Shown: positions 28,557-39,128 of the stretch, in pieces | Position numbering within the stretch: the first letter of the stretch is position 1 | Layout: every line of letters starts with the position of its first letter | NCBI GenBank assembly: GCA_017471025.1 | Contig: JAFUWX010000045.1 | Span: 11,424 to 75,423, forward strand | Length of the DNA stretch: 64,000 nt | Direction of reading: 5' to 3' | Source of the DNA: Bacteroidales bacterium | GTDB lineage: Bacteria > Bacteroidota > Bacteroidia > Bacteroidales > UBA932 | Position numbers and translations under genes: made by a program | The notes under the pieces: model-generated | What the model saw: the letters and a program-made list of their open reading frames with translations, nothing else | The model's database searches: none | What the model was told of the DNA's origin: nothing

Positions 28557-31343
28557 ATGAAACGCTTAGTCCTATACCTTCTGCTGCTGGCCCTCGCGGT
28601 CCCGGCCTTCGCGGCCGCTCCGATCAAGGTCAGCGGCAAGGTGTGCGACGCGCAGACGAAAGAGCCGGTCCCGGGCACCATCGTCCAGCTGGATGAGAAC
28701 TACCTGTGGGCGGTCACCGACGAAAACGGCCGTTTCTCCCTCGAAGGGGTCCAAAAGGGCACCTACAGCCTGGAAGTATCCTGCCTGGGCTACACGACGG
28801 TCAAGCGCAGCCTCAAGGTGGACGGTTCCATCGACGACCTGACGATCCTGATCGCCGTCAACTCCCTGGCACTCAACGAGGTGGTGGTGACGGCCGAGAC
28901 GTCCAAGGACAACATCAACACCACGCAGCGCATCGGCAGGACGGCCCTGGACCACCTGCAGATGAACAGCATGGGCGGCATCGCGGCCCTGCTTCCGGGC
29001 GGAAAGACCATCAACCCGGACCTGACCCAGGACAATGCCTTCTCCCTGCGCGCGGGCGGCTCCCCCGCCGGCAACGCCGCCTTCAGCACCGCCGTGGAAG
29101 TAAACGGCGTGCGGATGGGCGACAACGCCGATTTCGGCGGCATGGCCGGAGTCGGGACGCGCAGCCTGTCCGTGGACAACATCGAGTCGGTGGAAGTGAT
29201 GACCGGCGTCCCGTCGGCCGAGTACGGCGACCTGGGCAGCGGCATGATCCGGGTCATTACGAAAAAGGGCCGTACCCCCCTGAACATCACCCTGTCCGTC
29301 AATCCGCGCACCTACGGGGCCTCGGTCTCGAAAGGCCTGGAAATCGGCCAGGGCGTGCTGAACATCAGCGGGGAATGGGCCAACGCCACCAGCAAACTGA
29401 CCTCGCCCTACACCTCCTACACCCGAAGGGGCTTCAACGCCGACTACACGCGCACCTTCAACAAGGTGCTGCGGCTGGAGCTGGGGCTGGGCGGCAACAT
29501 CGGCGGCATGAACAGCAAGAACGACCCGGACGCCTTCTCGAATGAATACAAGCAGGAGCGAGACAACCTGCTGACGCCGCACGTCAAGCTGATGTGGCTG
29601 CTGAACAAGAACTGGGTCACCAACCTCAGCCTGGACGGCTCGATCTATTTCCATGACCGCCTGTCCCGCTACCACAAGTACAATTCCTATGCGTCGGCGC
29701 AGCCGGCCGTCCATGCCCAGGAACAGGGCTACTGGATGGCGGACGCCCTGCCGCTGACCTTCTACTCCGACCAGGTCACGGACTCCAAGGAGCTGGATTA
29801 TTCCCTCCTGCTGAAATACCATTGGCTCCGCCATTGGGGCGAGGTGAAAAACAATGTCAAGGCCGGCGTCCACTGGAAGGCGGACGGCAACGTGGGCCGG
29901 GGCGAATGGTACGAAGACCCTGCCCTGGCGGCCGACGGCTACCGGCCCAGACCCTACCGGGATTATCCGTATATGCATACGCTGGCGGCCTTCCTCGAAG
30001 ACAACATCACCCTGCCCATCGGCAAGACCCGCCTCAACCTGATGGCCGGCCTGCGGTGGGAGAACGTCCTGATCCGGGGGACGGCATACGACGACCTGAG
30101 CATCCTTTCGCCGCGTCTGAACGCGAAATGGACCTTCTCCGACCACTTCGCCCTGCGGGGCGGCTGGGGCATCGCCGGCAAGCTTCCGTCCTTCTATATC
30201 CTCTATCCCCGGCAGGAATACCGGGATATCCAGACCTTCGGCTTCACGCACGGCGGCCAGCCGTCGTATGTCTATTATACGATGCCCTATACGATGGTGA
30301 CCAACCCAGGTCTGCGGTGGCAGCGCAACCGCAACGCCGAGCTGGGTCTGGACGCCTCGCTGGGCGGCTGTAAAATCGGCCTGGTGGGCTTCTACAACGT
30401 CACCCGGGACCCCTACGAGCTGGGGACGGTCTATACGCCTTTCTCCTACCATGTCATGGGCCTGCCCGAGGGTTACGTCATGCCGGACAACCCGAAGACC
30501 GTGGTGGACCACCAGACCGGAATCGTCTATTTCCAAGACGTAGATGGCTACTATGTACCTGGTACATTGAAGGTTACGGACCGCACCTTCGCCGCCGCCC
30601 GCCGCCAGGAGAACGGCGCGGATATCCGGCGCTACGGCGTGGAACTGACCGTGGATTTCCCGGAGATCCGGCCCATCGGTACGACCTTCCGCCTGGACGC
30701 CGCCTGGAACCATTCCGAATATACGGCCACGATTCCCGTCTATTATTATCAGAACGGCTGGTCGCATACTTCGCTTCCCAACCGCTCCTATCAGTACGCC
30801 GGCATTTATGCAGGCGCGGCCGGGGTGTCCAACGGCCGTCGGACCGACAACCTGGACGCCAACCTGACCGCCATCACGCATATCCCGGTGGCTCGCCTGG
30901 TGATTACCTGCCGCCTGGAGGCCACCCTGCTGCGCAACGCCCGGAACACCTCCGACCGGGCCTTCACGGTGGGGGCGGAATCCAACGCGCCGACGGGCGG
31001 CAACATCTATGACGGGAAGTCCTATACGGCCGTCTATCCCACGGCTTATATCGACCTGGACGGCGTGGAGCACCCCTGGACGGCCGCTTCCGCCGCCGAC
31101 CCGGAACTCGCCCGCCTGATCCTGCGGTCGGGCAACATCTACACCTTCGCGGCAGACGGGTATGAGCCCTATCTGTCCGCCAACCTGAGCGTAACTAAGG
31201 AAATCGGCGACCATGTGTCCCTGTCCTTCTTCGCCAACAACTTTACCAACGCCCGGAGCTTCGTGACGAGCCGCGCCACGGGCGTCAGCGCCATTTTCAC
31301 CCCCAATTTCTATTACGGACTGACATGCAGAATAAAATTATAA
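28557..31343 (+). CDS. TonB-dependent receptor (non-SusC type)
   Basis: Carboxypeptidase-regulatory-like N-domain, LNEVVVTA, plug NIESVEVMTGVPSAEYGDL, NPGLRWQR, C-terminal YGLTCRIKL. Confidence 0.9.
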   Translation: MKRLVLYLLLLALAVPAFAAAPIKVSGKVCDAQTKEPVPGTIVQLDENYLWAVTDENGRFSLEGVQKGTYSLEVSCLGYTTVKRSLKVDGSIDDLTILIAVNSLALNEVVVTAETSKDNINTTQRIGRTALDHLQMNSMGGIAALLPGGKTINPDLTQDNAFSLRAGGSPAGNAAFSTAVEVNGVRMGDNADFGGMAGVGTRSLSVDNIESVEVMTGVPSAEYGDLGSGMIRVITKKGRTPLNITLSVNPRTYGASVSKGLEIGQGVLNISGEWANATSKLTSPYTSYTRRGFNADYTRTFNKVLRLELGLGGNIGGMNSKNDPDAFSNEYKQERDNLLTPHVKLMWLLNKNWVTNLSLDGSIYFHDRLSRYHKYNSYASAQPAVHAQEQGYWMADALPLTFYSDQVTDSKELDYSLLLKYHWLRHWGEVKNNVKAGVHWKADGNVGRGEWYEDPALAADGYRPRPYRDYPYMHTLAAFLEDNITLPIGKTRLNLMAGLRWENVLIRGTAYDDLSILSPRLNAKWTFSDHFALRGGWGIAGKLPSFYILYPRQEYRDIQTFGFTHGGQPSYVYYTMPYTMVTNPGLRWQRNRNAELGLDASLGGCKIGLVGFYNVTRDPYELGTVYTPFSYHVMGLPEGYVMPDNPKTVVDHQTGIVYFQDVDGYYVPGTLKVTDRTFAAARRQENGADIRRYGVELTVDFPEIRPIGTTFRLDAAWNHSEYTATIPVYYYQNGWSHTSLPNRSYQYAGIYAGAAGVSNGRRTDNLDANLTAITHIPVARLVITCRLEATLLRNARNTSDRAFTVGAESNAPTGGNIYDGKSYTAVYPTAYIDLDGVEHPWTAASAADPELARLILRSGNIYTFAADGYEPYLSANLSVTKEIGDHVSLSFFANNFTNARSFVTSRATGVSAIFTPNFYYGLTCRIKL

Positions 31344-32524
31344 CCGCGCTCTGTGCGCTCCTGCTCCTGAGTGCCTGTATGGAAATGGGAGCGCCCTACG
31401 GGAACACGCTGAACATCCTGACGGTCCAGGCGGTGTATCCGGAAGGCTACCCGGTCCGCGCCGGAGCGACCGTGTCCATCGAAAGCACGACGGGCGGCAG
31501 CGCCTACCGCCTGGAGACGGATGCGGCCGGCAAGGCGTCCACCCGGCTGCCCAACGGCATATACCGCGTCGCCATCCATGACCGGGACGGCAAGGACGTC
31601 TTCAACGGGACGGCCGAGCGGGTCGTCGTGAACGACGCGGACGTCAGCCGCAGCATCGACCTGGCCTATTCCAAGGCCGCTTCGCTGGTCATCAAGGAAC
31701 TCTACTGCGGCGGATGCAGCAAGGAACCGGAAGAGGGCACCTACCAGGCCGACCAGTACCTGATCCTGCACAACAACGACGAATTGCCGGTCTATCTGGA
31801 CGGGCTCTGCCTGGGCACCCTGTCGCCCTATAACAGCAACGCGGCCAACCCTTGGGACGGCGAAAACGGCCTGCCGGACTTCGTCCCCATCATCCAGGCC
31901 CTGTGGCAGGTGGGCGGCGACGGGACGGCCTTCCCGCTGGACCCGGGGGCGGATGCGGTCATCTGCCTGCGCGGCGCCATCGACCACGCGGCCCAATATC
32001 CGCACTCGGTCAACCTCAACCGCCCCGGCTATTTCGTCTGCTACAATCCGGTCTATTTCCCCAATCCGGCCTATCACCCGGTGCCGGGGGACCAGATCGC
32101 CGAAGACCATTACCTGAATGTGGTCGTCAAAACCGGACAGGCCAATGCCTATACCGTGTCGCTGAACTCCCCGGCCTTCGTCATTTTCCGGGCGGAAGAA
32201 ACGACGATCCAGGACTTTGTGGCGCAGCCGGACAACCTGGTCCAGGTGCCGGGCAGCGCGATTGACCGGGTGGTCGCCGTCCCGAATGCCTGGGTCATCG
32301 ACGGCATCGAGGTGTTCAACGGCGGGGCCTCCGACAACCACAAACGGCTGGTGCCGGCCATCGACGCCGGTTATGTGACCCTGAGCGAGACCTTCAAGGG
32401 ACGGTCCCTGATGCGCAAAGTGGATGAGGCGGCCAGCGAAGCGGCCGGATTTGAGATATTACAGGATACCAACAATTCAACGGAAGATTTCTATGAACGC
32501 GAAACACAGTCGCTCCATCCGTAG
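31325..32524 (+). CDS. DUF4876-like surface lipoprotein
   Basis: Lipobox LLSAC, LVIKELYCGG, DQYLILHNN, VIDGIEVF, IDAGY, LQDTNNSTEDF. Confidence 0.8.
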   Translation: MQNKIITALCALLLLSACMEMGAPYGNTLNILTVQAVYPEGYPVRAGATVSIESTTGGSAYRLETDAAGKASTRLPNGIYRVAIHDRDGKDVFNGTAERVVVNDADVSRSIDLAYSKAASLVIKELYCGGCSKEPEEGTYQADQYLILHNNDELPVYLDGLCLGTLSPYNSNAANPWDGENGLPDFVPIIQALWQVGGDGTAFPLDPGADAVICLRGAIDHAAQYPHSVNLNRPGYFVCYNPVYFPNPAYHPVPGDQIAEDHYLNVVVKTGQANAYTVSLNSPAFVIFRAEETTIQDFVAQPDNLVQVPGSAIDRVVAVPNAWVIDGIEVFNGGASDNHKRLVPAIDAGYVTLSETFKGRSLMRKVDEAASEAAGFEILQDTNNSTEDFYERETQSLHP

Positions 32525-34061
32525 ATGGGCAGCCCTGCTGGGCCTGGTGCTTTGCGCTCAGCAGGTATATTCCCAGGAAATCTATGACTGGGAAGCCTGG
32601 CGGGAAGGCCGGAACATCGCCGGTCTGGACGCCTCATCTTCCCCCCGGGCCTTCATCTGCGGCAAGACGGCCGCTTCCAGCGCCGCGCTGACGGGCGGAT
32701 TCACTTCGGGCGGATTCCGCAGCGCCTCCGAGGCCCAGAACCTCTGGAGCGCAGGGGCGAGCGCAGAGACGGAGGTCCACATCCCCAACCTGCTCCTGAA
32801 GGGCGACTTCGATTTCTCCCTCCAGAGCGGCCGGGACATGATGGGGTCCATGTTTATCCACCCCGGATATTATCCCATTGATATACTGGAATTTACACCC
32901 GGTCAGAAGACCTTGCAGACCTACCGGATGTCGGGCGGATTCGCCTGGTTGAACGACAGCCGTTGGATCCCGGGCGGGACGCTGCGCTTCGGTGGGGCCA
33001 ACTACGCCAAACGCAAGGATATCCGCCACACCACCTACCGGCAGGAACTGGAGGTGGTCCCGTCCCTGGCCTATGACGGCGACGGTTTCGTGCTGGGCGC
33101 GTCCTATATTTTCAGCAAGACGTCCGAATTCATTACCGCCGAGCAGATCGGATCCGCCACGGCCGAATCCTACTATGCCTTCCTGGACAAGGGTTTGATG
33201 TACGGTACCTACCAGGTCTGGAACGGCAGCGGCCTCCACCTGGCCGAAGCAGGCGTCGATCGCCTGCCGGTCAAGGAGATTTCCCACGGATTCGCCGTCC
33301 AGGCCGAACTCGGGAACTACCTCTACGGCGATTTCGAATACATCCGCAGCCAAGGCGAAGTGGGCGAGAAAGGCTATACCTGGTTCCGTTTCCCGGGGGC
33401 ATCGATGGCCGCCCGCCTGCAATACACCTGGCACCGGAACAAGGACGTACATGTCTTTGCCGCCACCCTGGCCTGGGACCGGAAAGAGAACTACGAGACC
33501 GTGCTGGAAAAGACCTCCGTAGGCGGCGTCACGACGCCTGTACTGTATGGTTCCAACCGGATCTACGAACGGCGGGACCTCAGCGGCGGGCCGGTCTATC
33601 GCTATTTCGCGGAGAAGGGATGGAAATTGGAGGCGAGGGCCTTGTTTACCCGGAATATCGAGCGCAGCACCCTGATGTACCCCTACCTGGACCTGGACGC
33701 GTCCACCGTGATGGAAGTGTCGGTGCAGACCCGGATTCCCATCGGCCCCTTCGAACTGACGGCCGCTCTGCTGGGCGGCAACAAAATCGGCGAACACAGC
33801 GATATCGTCGAGAACGATGACGAAAACCTGGGCGTCGTGTCCAAGCCTTTCCGCATGAAGGAATGGTGGGACCGCGAACAGGAACTCTCGGACGCCAGCC
33901 GTGTCGGCGTCACCCTGGGCCTGCGGTATAACTTTACGCTCGCCCGGGAGGTGCCGCTCTTCGTCGAAGCGCAGTGCCATTATGTACACGCTTTCCAGAT
34001 CAAACTCCTCCCGGGGGCCGACCGGCAAGCCAGCCTCCTGCGTATCGGATATGATTTTTAA
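32493..34061 (+). CDS. DUF6850-like outer-membrane beta-barrel
   Basis: Signal peptide after MNAKHSRS, amphipathic strands, AKRKDIR, C-terminal LRIGYDF; position after the DUF4876-like gene. Confidence 0.7.
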   Translation: MNAKHSRSIRRWAALLGLVLCAQQVYSQEIYDWEAWREGRNIAGLDASSSPRAFICGKTAASSAALTGGFTSGGFRSASEAQNLWSAGASAETEVHIPNLLLKGDFDFSLQSGRDMMGSMFIHPGYYPIDILEFTPGQKTLQTYRMSGGFAWLNDSRWIPGGTLRFGGANYAKRKDIRHTTYRQELEVVPSLAYDGDGFVLGASYIFSKTSEFITAEQIGSATAESYYAFLDKGLMYGTYQVWNGSGLHLAEAGVDRLPVKEISHGFAVQAELGNYLYGDFEYIRSQGEVGEKGYTWFRFPGASMAARLQYTWHRNKDVHVFAATLAWDRKENYETVLEKTSVGGVTTPVLYGSNRIYERRDLSGGPVYRYFAEKGWKLEARALFTRNIERSTLMYPYLDLDASTVMEVSVQTRIPIGPFELTAALLGGNKIGEHSDIVENDDENLGVVSKPFRMKEWWDREQELSDASRVGVTLGLRYNFTLAREVPLFVEAQCHYVHAFQIKLLPGADRQASLLRIGYDF

Positions 34062-34079
34062 TTCTTAATCTTCATGTAT

Positions 34080-35690
34080 ATGAAAAAAGTACTTATCCTC
34101 GCAACCTGCGTCCTGGCTTTCGCAGCTTGCAACAAGACTCCTCAGGGAAGTCCTGTCACCCCTTCCGAGACCGGGAAGGACTACACCATCCGGATCTCGC
34201 CGGTGATGACCAAAGCAACCGAGACGTCCTTCGAGAACGGCGACGCCATCGGCCTGACGGTCTCCCGTGCCTCCGGCGCTTTCGCCACCAACGAGAAACT
34301 GACCTACAACGGCCTGGAATTCTCGTCCAACCTGCTGTGGTACAGCGAGGGCACCGACCCCGCTACCCTGACGGCCTATTATCCTTATGCCTCTACCGTG
34401 CCGACCAGCTTCGCCGTGGAGGCCGACCAGAGCAACGGCCTGGCCGGATCCGACCTCATCGCCGCCTATAAGGAAGGCGTCCTGCCGACGGCGAATGCCG
34501 TGGCCATGCCTTTCAAGCACAAACTCAGCCGCCTGGAAGTCGTCATCACGAACAATGCCGGCTACACCCTGGATGCCCTGAAGCTGAAGGGCCTCGCCCT
34601 TGAAGCCACCCTGGACGCCCAGTTCAACGCAACAGCGGTGGCTGCCGCCCCGGCCGAGACCGACATCACGGCCTATCCGGCCGGTGAGACCTCTTTCGTC
34701 GCCATCGTCCCGCCCCAGACCGCCGTTATCACGGCTGCCGTGACGGCTGCCGGCAAGGAGATGAGCCAGAAGTTGCAGGAGGCCACCCTGGCCGCCGGCA
34801 AGAAGTACACCATCAACATGATTGTCAATGCGGAAGACATCCAGATCGTGCTTTCCGGCGACATCGAGGACTGGACCGACGGCGGTGAGCTGAAGCCCGA
34901 CAACGATGTCGAACCCGTCCAGTTCGAGGAGAACCTCGATGAGGGTTATTTCACCTATGACAATGTCAAGTACAACGTCGTGAAGATGGACGACGGCAAG
35001 TGGTGGATGGCCCAGAACCTGGCCTATGTGCCGGAAGGATTCACCCCGGCCAGCGATCTGACCGCCGTGACCGCCGGCGTCTTCATGCCGTTGAGACTCA
35101 ACGCTGACGGTTCCGCCGCGGAATTCGCCACCGACGCCGAGACCATCGCCGCCAACGGTTATCTGTACCAGAACGAGGTAGCCCTCGGCCTCAAGGTCGG
35201 CGACCTCACCAGCGTGGCCCAGGCCGAAGCGCTCGAAGGCGCCCAGGGCATCTGCCCGACCGGCTGGCACGTCCCGACGATCGACGATATCGTGGGCCTG
35301 GTCGGCAAGGCTGTCAGCCCGATTACGACGAACACGGAAGCCCCCTATTATGACGGAGCCAACGGTTCCATCGCCCTGCTGAATGCCGACGGCTTCAACA
35401 TGGCGGCGGTCGGCAGCATCTCCATCACGGACAACACCAAGGCAAGCGGGACCTTCATGGGCCGCATGGCGAACTACGACCACCTCTGCTCCAGCATGAC
35501 CTGCGGTTCTTCCTATGCCGGCGTAACCTACAACACCTCGGGCGACGAGACCAGCGGCATCAAGAACCTCCAGTTCTGGGGCATGATGCCGATGACCAAC
35601 AAGGCCACCGAGGCGGAATATACCTGCAACGGTACCAAGGTCAGCTACCGCATTGCCGGACCGCTCCGCTGCGTCCGCGACACGGAATAA
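34080..35690 (+). CDS. Mfa-like fimbrillin lipoprotein with C-terminal FISUMP (Fib_succ_major-like) domain
   Basis: Lipobox FAAC, TKA..FENGDAIG, AYYPY, FKHKLS; WMAQNLAY, GYLY, QGICPTGWHVPT, LRCVRD; alternative start 34074. Confidence 0.82.
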   Translation: MKKVLILATCVLAFAACNKTPQGSPVTPSETGKDYTIRISPVMTKATETSFENGDAIGLTVSRASGAFATNEKLTYNGLEFSSNLLWYSEGTDPATLTAYYPYASTVPTSFAVEADQSNGLAGSDLIAAYKEGVLPTANAVAMPFKHKLSRLEVVITNNAGYTLDALKLKGLALEATLDAQFNATAVAAAPAETDITAYPAGETSFVAIVPPQTAVITAAVTAAGKEMSQKLQEATLAAGKKYTINMIVNAEDIQIVLSGDIEDWTDGGELKPDNDVEPVQFEENLDEGYFTYDNVKYNVVKMDDGKWWMAQNLAYVPEGFTPASDLTAVTAGVFMPLRLNADGSAAEFATDAETIAANGYLYQNEVALGLKVGDLTSVAQAEALEGAQGICPTGWHVPTIDDIVGLVGKAVSPITTNTEAPYYDGANGSIALLNADGFNMAAVGSISITDNTKASGTFMGRMANYDHLCSSMTCGSSYAGVTYNTSGDETSGIKNLQFWGMMPMTNKATEAEYTCNGTKVSYRIAGPLRCVRDTE

Positions 35691-35711
35691 AATAATTGTA
35701 AACCTTTCTCC

Positions 35712-37751
35712 ATGAGGAAATTATTACTTACTCTCGCCCTGTGCCTGTGCGCCTTTAGCGGCGCACGGGCCGACGAGGGCATGTGGCTGATCCAGAGCCT
35801 GAACAAGGCTCTGGAAAAGAACATGAAGGCACGCGGGCTGAAGCTTTCCGCCCGGGAAATCTACAACGAGCAGGCAGGAGGCGTCTCGGATGCCATCATT
35901 TCCTTCGGATTCTACTGCACCGGCAGCATGATTTCGGACGAGGGACTGATGATTACGAACCACCATTGCGCCTTCTCCGACGTGGCCGCCCTCAGCACCC
36001 CGGAACACAACTACCTGGAAGACGGTTTCTGGGCCATGACCCGGGACCGGGAAATTCCCATTCCGGGCAAGGAGGTCTATTTCCTGCGCCGGGTGCTGGA
36101 TGTGACGGATGAGGTCGCCGCGCTGAAGGATTCCCTGGCCGCCGCCGGCCTCAACCACGGCAGCCGCCGGATTTCCGCCATCATGGAGAAGAAATATGCC
36201 ACCGCCTCCGGCCTGGAGGCGGGGCTTACTTCGATGTGGGCCGGAGAGAAGTACTACATGTCCCTCTATACGGTCTATACCGACGTACGCCTGGTGGGGG
36301 CGCCGCCCGTATCCGTGGCCGCTTTCGGCGGAGACGAGGACAACTGGGAATGGCCCCAGCACAAGGCGGATTTCGCCCTGTACCGGGTCTATACGGCCCC
36401 CGACGGGACGAACGCGGCCTACGCCGCGGAGAATGTGCCGCTCCATCCGCGCAGGCACCTGAAAATCAGCACGAAAGGCTATAAACAAGGGGACTATGCC
36501 ATGGTCATCGGCTATCCCGGCCATACCGCCCGCTATTCCTCATCGGCGGAGCTGGAGCATGTCATCCATGTGGAGCATCCCGTGTCCAACCGCCTGCGTG
36601 CCGCCCAGATGGACATCATCCGCCAGGGCATGGAGTCCGATCCGGAGATCCGCCGCAAGTATTCCGACGCCTACTTCAGCCTCAGCAATGTGGCCGAGCT
36701 GCAGGAGGGCGAAGTCAGCTGCGTGGACCGTTTCGACGTCATCGGCCGGCGCCGCACCTGGGAGGCGGCCTATATGCAGGACTACAAGCCGCTGCTGGAG
36801 GACCTGGATGCGGAATATGCCGCCATCCGGGACATCGAGCGGCAGAAAGTCTATTACCGGGAGACCCTGGTCCGCGGGCTCATCGTGTCGCGCTATTTCA
36901 TGCGGATGGGCAGCGCGAAAAACCTCGCGGGAGCCCGGGCACAGCTGCGAAACGCCTTGGAGGCGACCGATCCCGGGGTAGAGAAAGCCCTCCTGGCCTT
37001 CTCCGTGCGAGAGTTCATGACCCATATCGACCCCGTGTTCTTCCGGCCCATCCACCGGGAGATGCAGGAGCGTTTCGGGAGCGACTATGACGCCATGGCC
37101 GCGTGGCTTTGGGAGGGGTCCTGCCTGGCCGGATTCGGGGAGGTTCCTGACGATGAGCTAGTTGCCGCTTTCCAGGGCGACATCAAGGCGGACCGCCTGT
37201 ATCGCTATATCCGGGAGCTGAACATCGTCGCCATGAACGAGGCCGAGCAGCATGTGGCCGACCTGCCTGCGCTGCGGCGCAGCTATGTCCGGGCCCGTTA
37301 CAGCGTGCTGGACGGCCAGGGCGTTCCGCAATATCCCGATGCGAACTCCACCATGCGGCTGACCTATGGCCGCGTACGTCCGCTGTCCCCGTGGGACGGT
37401 GTCTGGTGCAACTGGCAGAGTACGGCGAAGGGCCTGCGGGAGAAATACAACCCGGCCAACCATGATTTTGCCTATCCGGATAGCTTCAAGGCCGTGCTCC
37501 CGCCCGAAGACTTCCCCGTCAACTTCCTCACGGACAATGACATCACCGGCGGCAATTCCGGCTCTCCCGTGCTCAACGCCCGCGGCGAACTGATCGGCCT
37601 GGCCTTCGACGGCAACAAAGAGTCCCTCGCCAGCAATTTCGAGTCCGTCGATGGCTACAACATGTGCGTCTGCGTCGATATCCGCTACGTCCTCTGGATC
37701 ATCCGCCACCTCGGCCGCCTCGACTACATCCTCCAGGAGATCGGACAGTAA
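35712..37751 (+). CDS. S46 dipeptidyl peptidase (DPP7-like)
   Basis: ADEGMW, TNHHC, DNWEWP.H, DITGGNSGSP, AFDGN (Gly at the S1 position). Confidence 0.92.
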   Translation: MRKLLLTLALCLCAFSGARADEGMWLIQSLNKALEKNMKARGLKLSAREIYNEQAGGVSDAIISFGFYCTGSMISDEGLMITNHHCAFSDVAALSTPEHNYLEDGFWAMTRDREIPIPGKEVYFLRRVLDVTDEVAALKDSLAAAGLNHGSRRISAIMEKKYATASGLEAGLTSMWAGEKYYMSLYTVYTDVRLVGAPPVSVAAFGGDEDNWEWPQHKADFALYRVYTAPDGTNAAYAAENVPLHPRRHLKISTKGYKQGDYAMVIGYPGHTARYSSSAELEHVIHVEHPVSNRLRAAQMDIIRQGMESDPEIRRKYSDAYFSLSNVAELQEGEVSCVDRFDVIGRRRTWEAAYMQDYKPLLEDLDAEYAAIRDIERQKVYYRETLVRGLIVSRYFMRMGSAKNLAGARAQLRNALEATDPGVEKALLAFSVREFMTHIDPVFFRPIHREMQERFGSDYDAMAAWLWEGSCLAGFGEVPDDELVAAFQGDIKADRLYRYIRELNIVAMNEAEQHVADLPALRRSYVRARYSVLDGQGVPQYPDANSTMRLTYGRVRPLSPWDGVWCNWQSTAKGLREKYNPANHDFAYPDSFKAVLPPEDFPVNFLTDNDITGGNSGSPVLNARGELIGLAFDGNKESLASNFESVDGYNMCVCVDIRYVLWIIRHLGRLDYILQEIGQ

Positions 37752-37818
37752 TGGGGGCACGATGTGCCTATAGCGAAGAAGCCTTCAAGACTGCCGAGTT
37801 TCATTTCAAGAATCGTAA

Positions 37819-38238
37819 TCATCGTTCTATCTTGACAAGTTCGAGCTCAAAAACCAGCGTACTGTGGGCGGGAATGTCATCCATTTTCATGGCACCATAG
37901 CCCCACTTGGCAGGAATATAGACTTCCCACTTGTCGCCTTCATGCATCCGGGTGAGGGCGATCTGCCAGCCCATGATGAGGTCGCCGACCATGAACAACG
38001 CAGGCAGAGGCTGGCCTTCGGTGGAGTCGAAGACCGTCCCGTCGATGAGCTTTCCTGTATAATGGACATACACGATGCTCCGGGGCGTCGGCTTCCTGCT
38101 TCCAGAGCCTTCCTCCAGCACTTTATACAGGACACCGTTGTCCAAGGCGACAATCCCCTCTTCCCGGGCTTTTGCTTGGAGGAACGCTTCGTTCGATTCC
38201 TTGTAAGGATTCGGTCTTTTCTTTTTATGGAACGACAT
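37819..38238 (-). CDS. FKBP-type peptidyl-prolyl isomerase
   Basis: VHYTGKLIDGTVFDS, LIMGW, IPAKWGYG, IPAHSTLVFELEL. Confidence 0.93.
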   Translation of the reverse strand: MSFHKKKRPNPYKESNEAFLQAKAREEGIVALDNGVLYKVLEEGSGSRKPTPRSIVYVHYTGKLIDGTVFDSTEGQPLPALFMVGDLIMGWQIALTRMHEGDKWEVYIPAKWGYGAMKMDDIPAHSTLVFELELVKIER

Positions 38239-38239
38239 G

Positions 38240-38917
38240 TCAATCTGGGATTTCTATGTTCAGAATTTCCTTGCAGGCCGCCAGTTCCGCGTCCATCGCC
38301 GAGCCGATCTGCTGCAGGGACAGGCGGACATTCTGCATCCGGGAATAATAGACATTAAACTCAGGAAGTTCGTGCAGGTAACGCACGTAATCATAAACCG
38401 TTGCGTCCCATTTCCCGTAGAAATACCCATAGACGAGGTCCGATACGACCCTTTTCTGGTTTACGACCTGGGCCGAGACATCGGCATACTGCCGTGCATA
38501 GGAATAAAAATCATCGATATGCCCCAGCAGCTCCACATTGCCGATGTTGGCGAGGATGGCATCCTTGTAGGCATCTACGCCGCTATCGACATCGGCCTGC
38601 ACATATTCGGACAAGGCGCTGTTAATGAAGGTTATGGCGACGGAGGAATCGATCCTTTCAAGCGTATCCGCGAGGATGGCAAGATGGAGACACATCGATG
38701 TAGAATCGATGGTGTCGTAGAGTTCCTGGTACTCCATGAGGCTCTTGTATGTCCGGTCCATCTTCCCGACGATCTGTCCGGCAAGCAGCTGTGCGGTCTT
38801 TTCCCGCTTGCGTGCGCTGTTCCAGCTATCGACGCCGAAAGTCAGCAAGATGCCGAGGACGGTCGCCAAGAACCCGGGAATGAATGCCCGCAGGAATGTT
38901 TTTGTTGCTTCTTTCAT
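38240..38917 (-). CDS. Hypothetical membrane-anchored helical protein
   Basis: N-terminal TM ATVLGILLTFGVDSW followed by a helical domain; TATATTTG at 38964-38957. Confidence 0.7.
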   Translation of the reverse strand: MKEATKTFLRAFIPGFLATVLGILLTFGVDSWNSARKREKTAQLLAGQIVGKMDRTYKSLMEYQELYDTIDSTSMCLHLAILADTLERIDSSVAITFINSALSEYVQADVDSGVDAYKDAILANIGNVELLGHIDDFYSYARQYADVSAQVVNQKRVVSDLVYGYFYGKWDATVYDYVRYLHELPEFNVYYSRMQNVRLSLQQIGSAMDAELAACKEILNIEIPD

Positions 38918-39023
38918 CCTACAAAATTACCAACCCGCCTGATTACATCTTTTTTGCAAATATAATGGATGCCGTTTTAGTATCCAAATTAAATTTGCAA
39001 CATAGAGACACCGACCGATTTAT

Positions 39024-39080
39024 GCGCTATAAGTCGTGGAAATGTGCCGATTTTTCGTAGATTTCCACGACTTATAACGC
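39024..39080. repeat. Long inverted repeat with a 16-bp perfect core
   Basis: tataagtcgtggaaat-N17-atttccacgacttata, flanked by gcg/cgc. Confidence 0.85.
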
Positions 39081-39128
39081 TATTTTGAAAGATAATCACT
39101 CTCTCTGCACGCCAACGAAGCGCAAGAT

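Noticed and set aside
35500-35690. Fimbrillin C-terminus (LRCVRD) as a diversity-generating retroelement target
   Set aside because: No reverse transcriptase and no adenine-variant template repeat noticed in the window; a remote DGR cannot be excluded without a genome search
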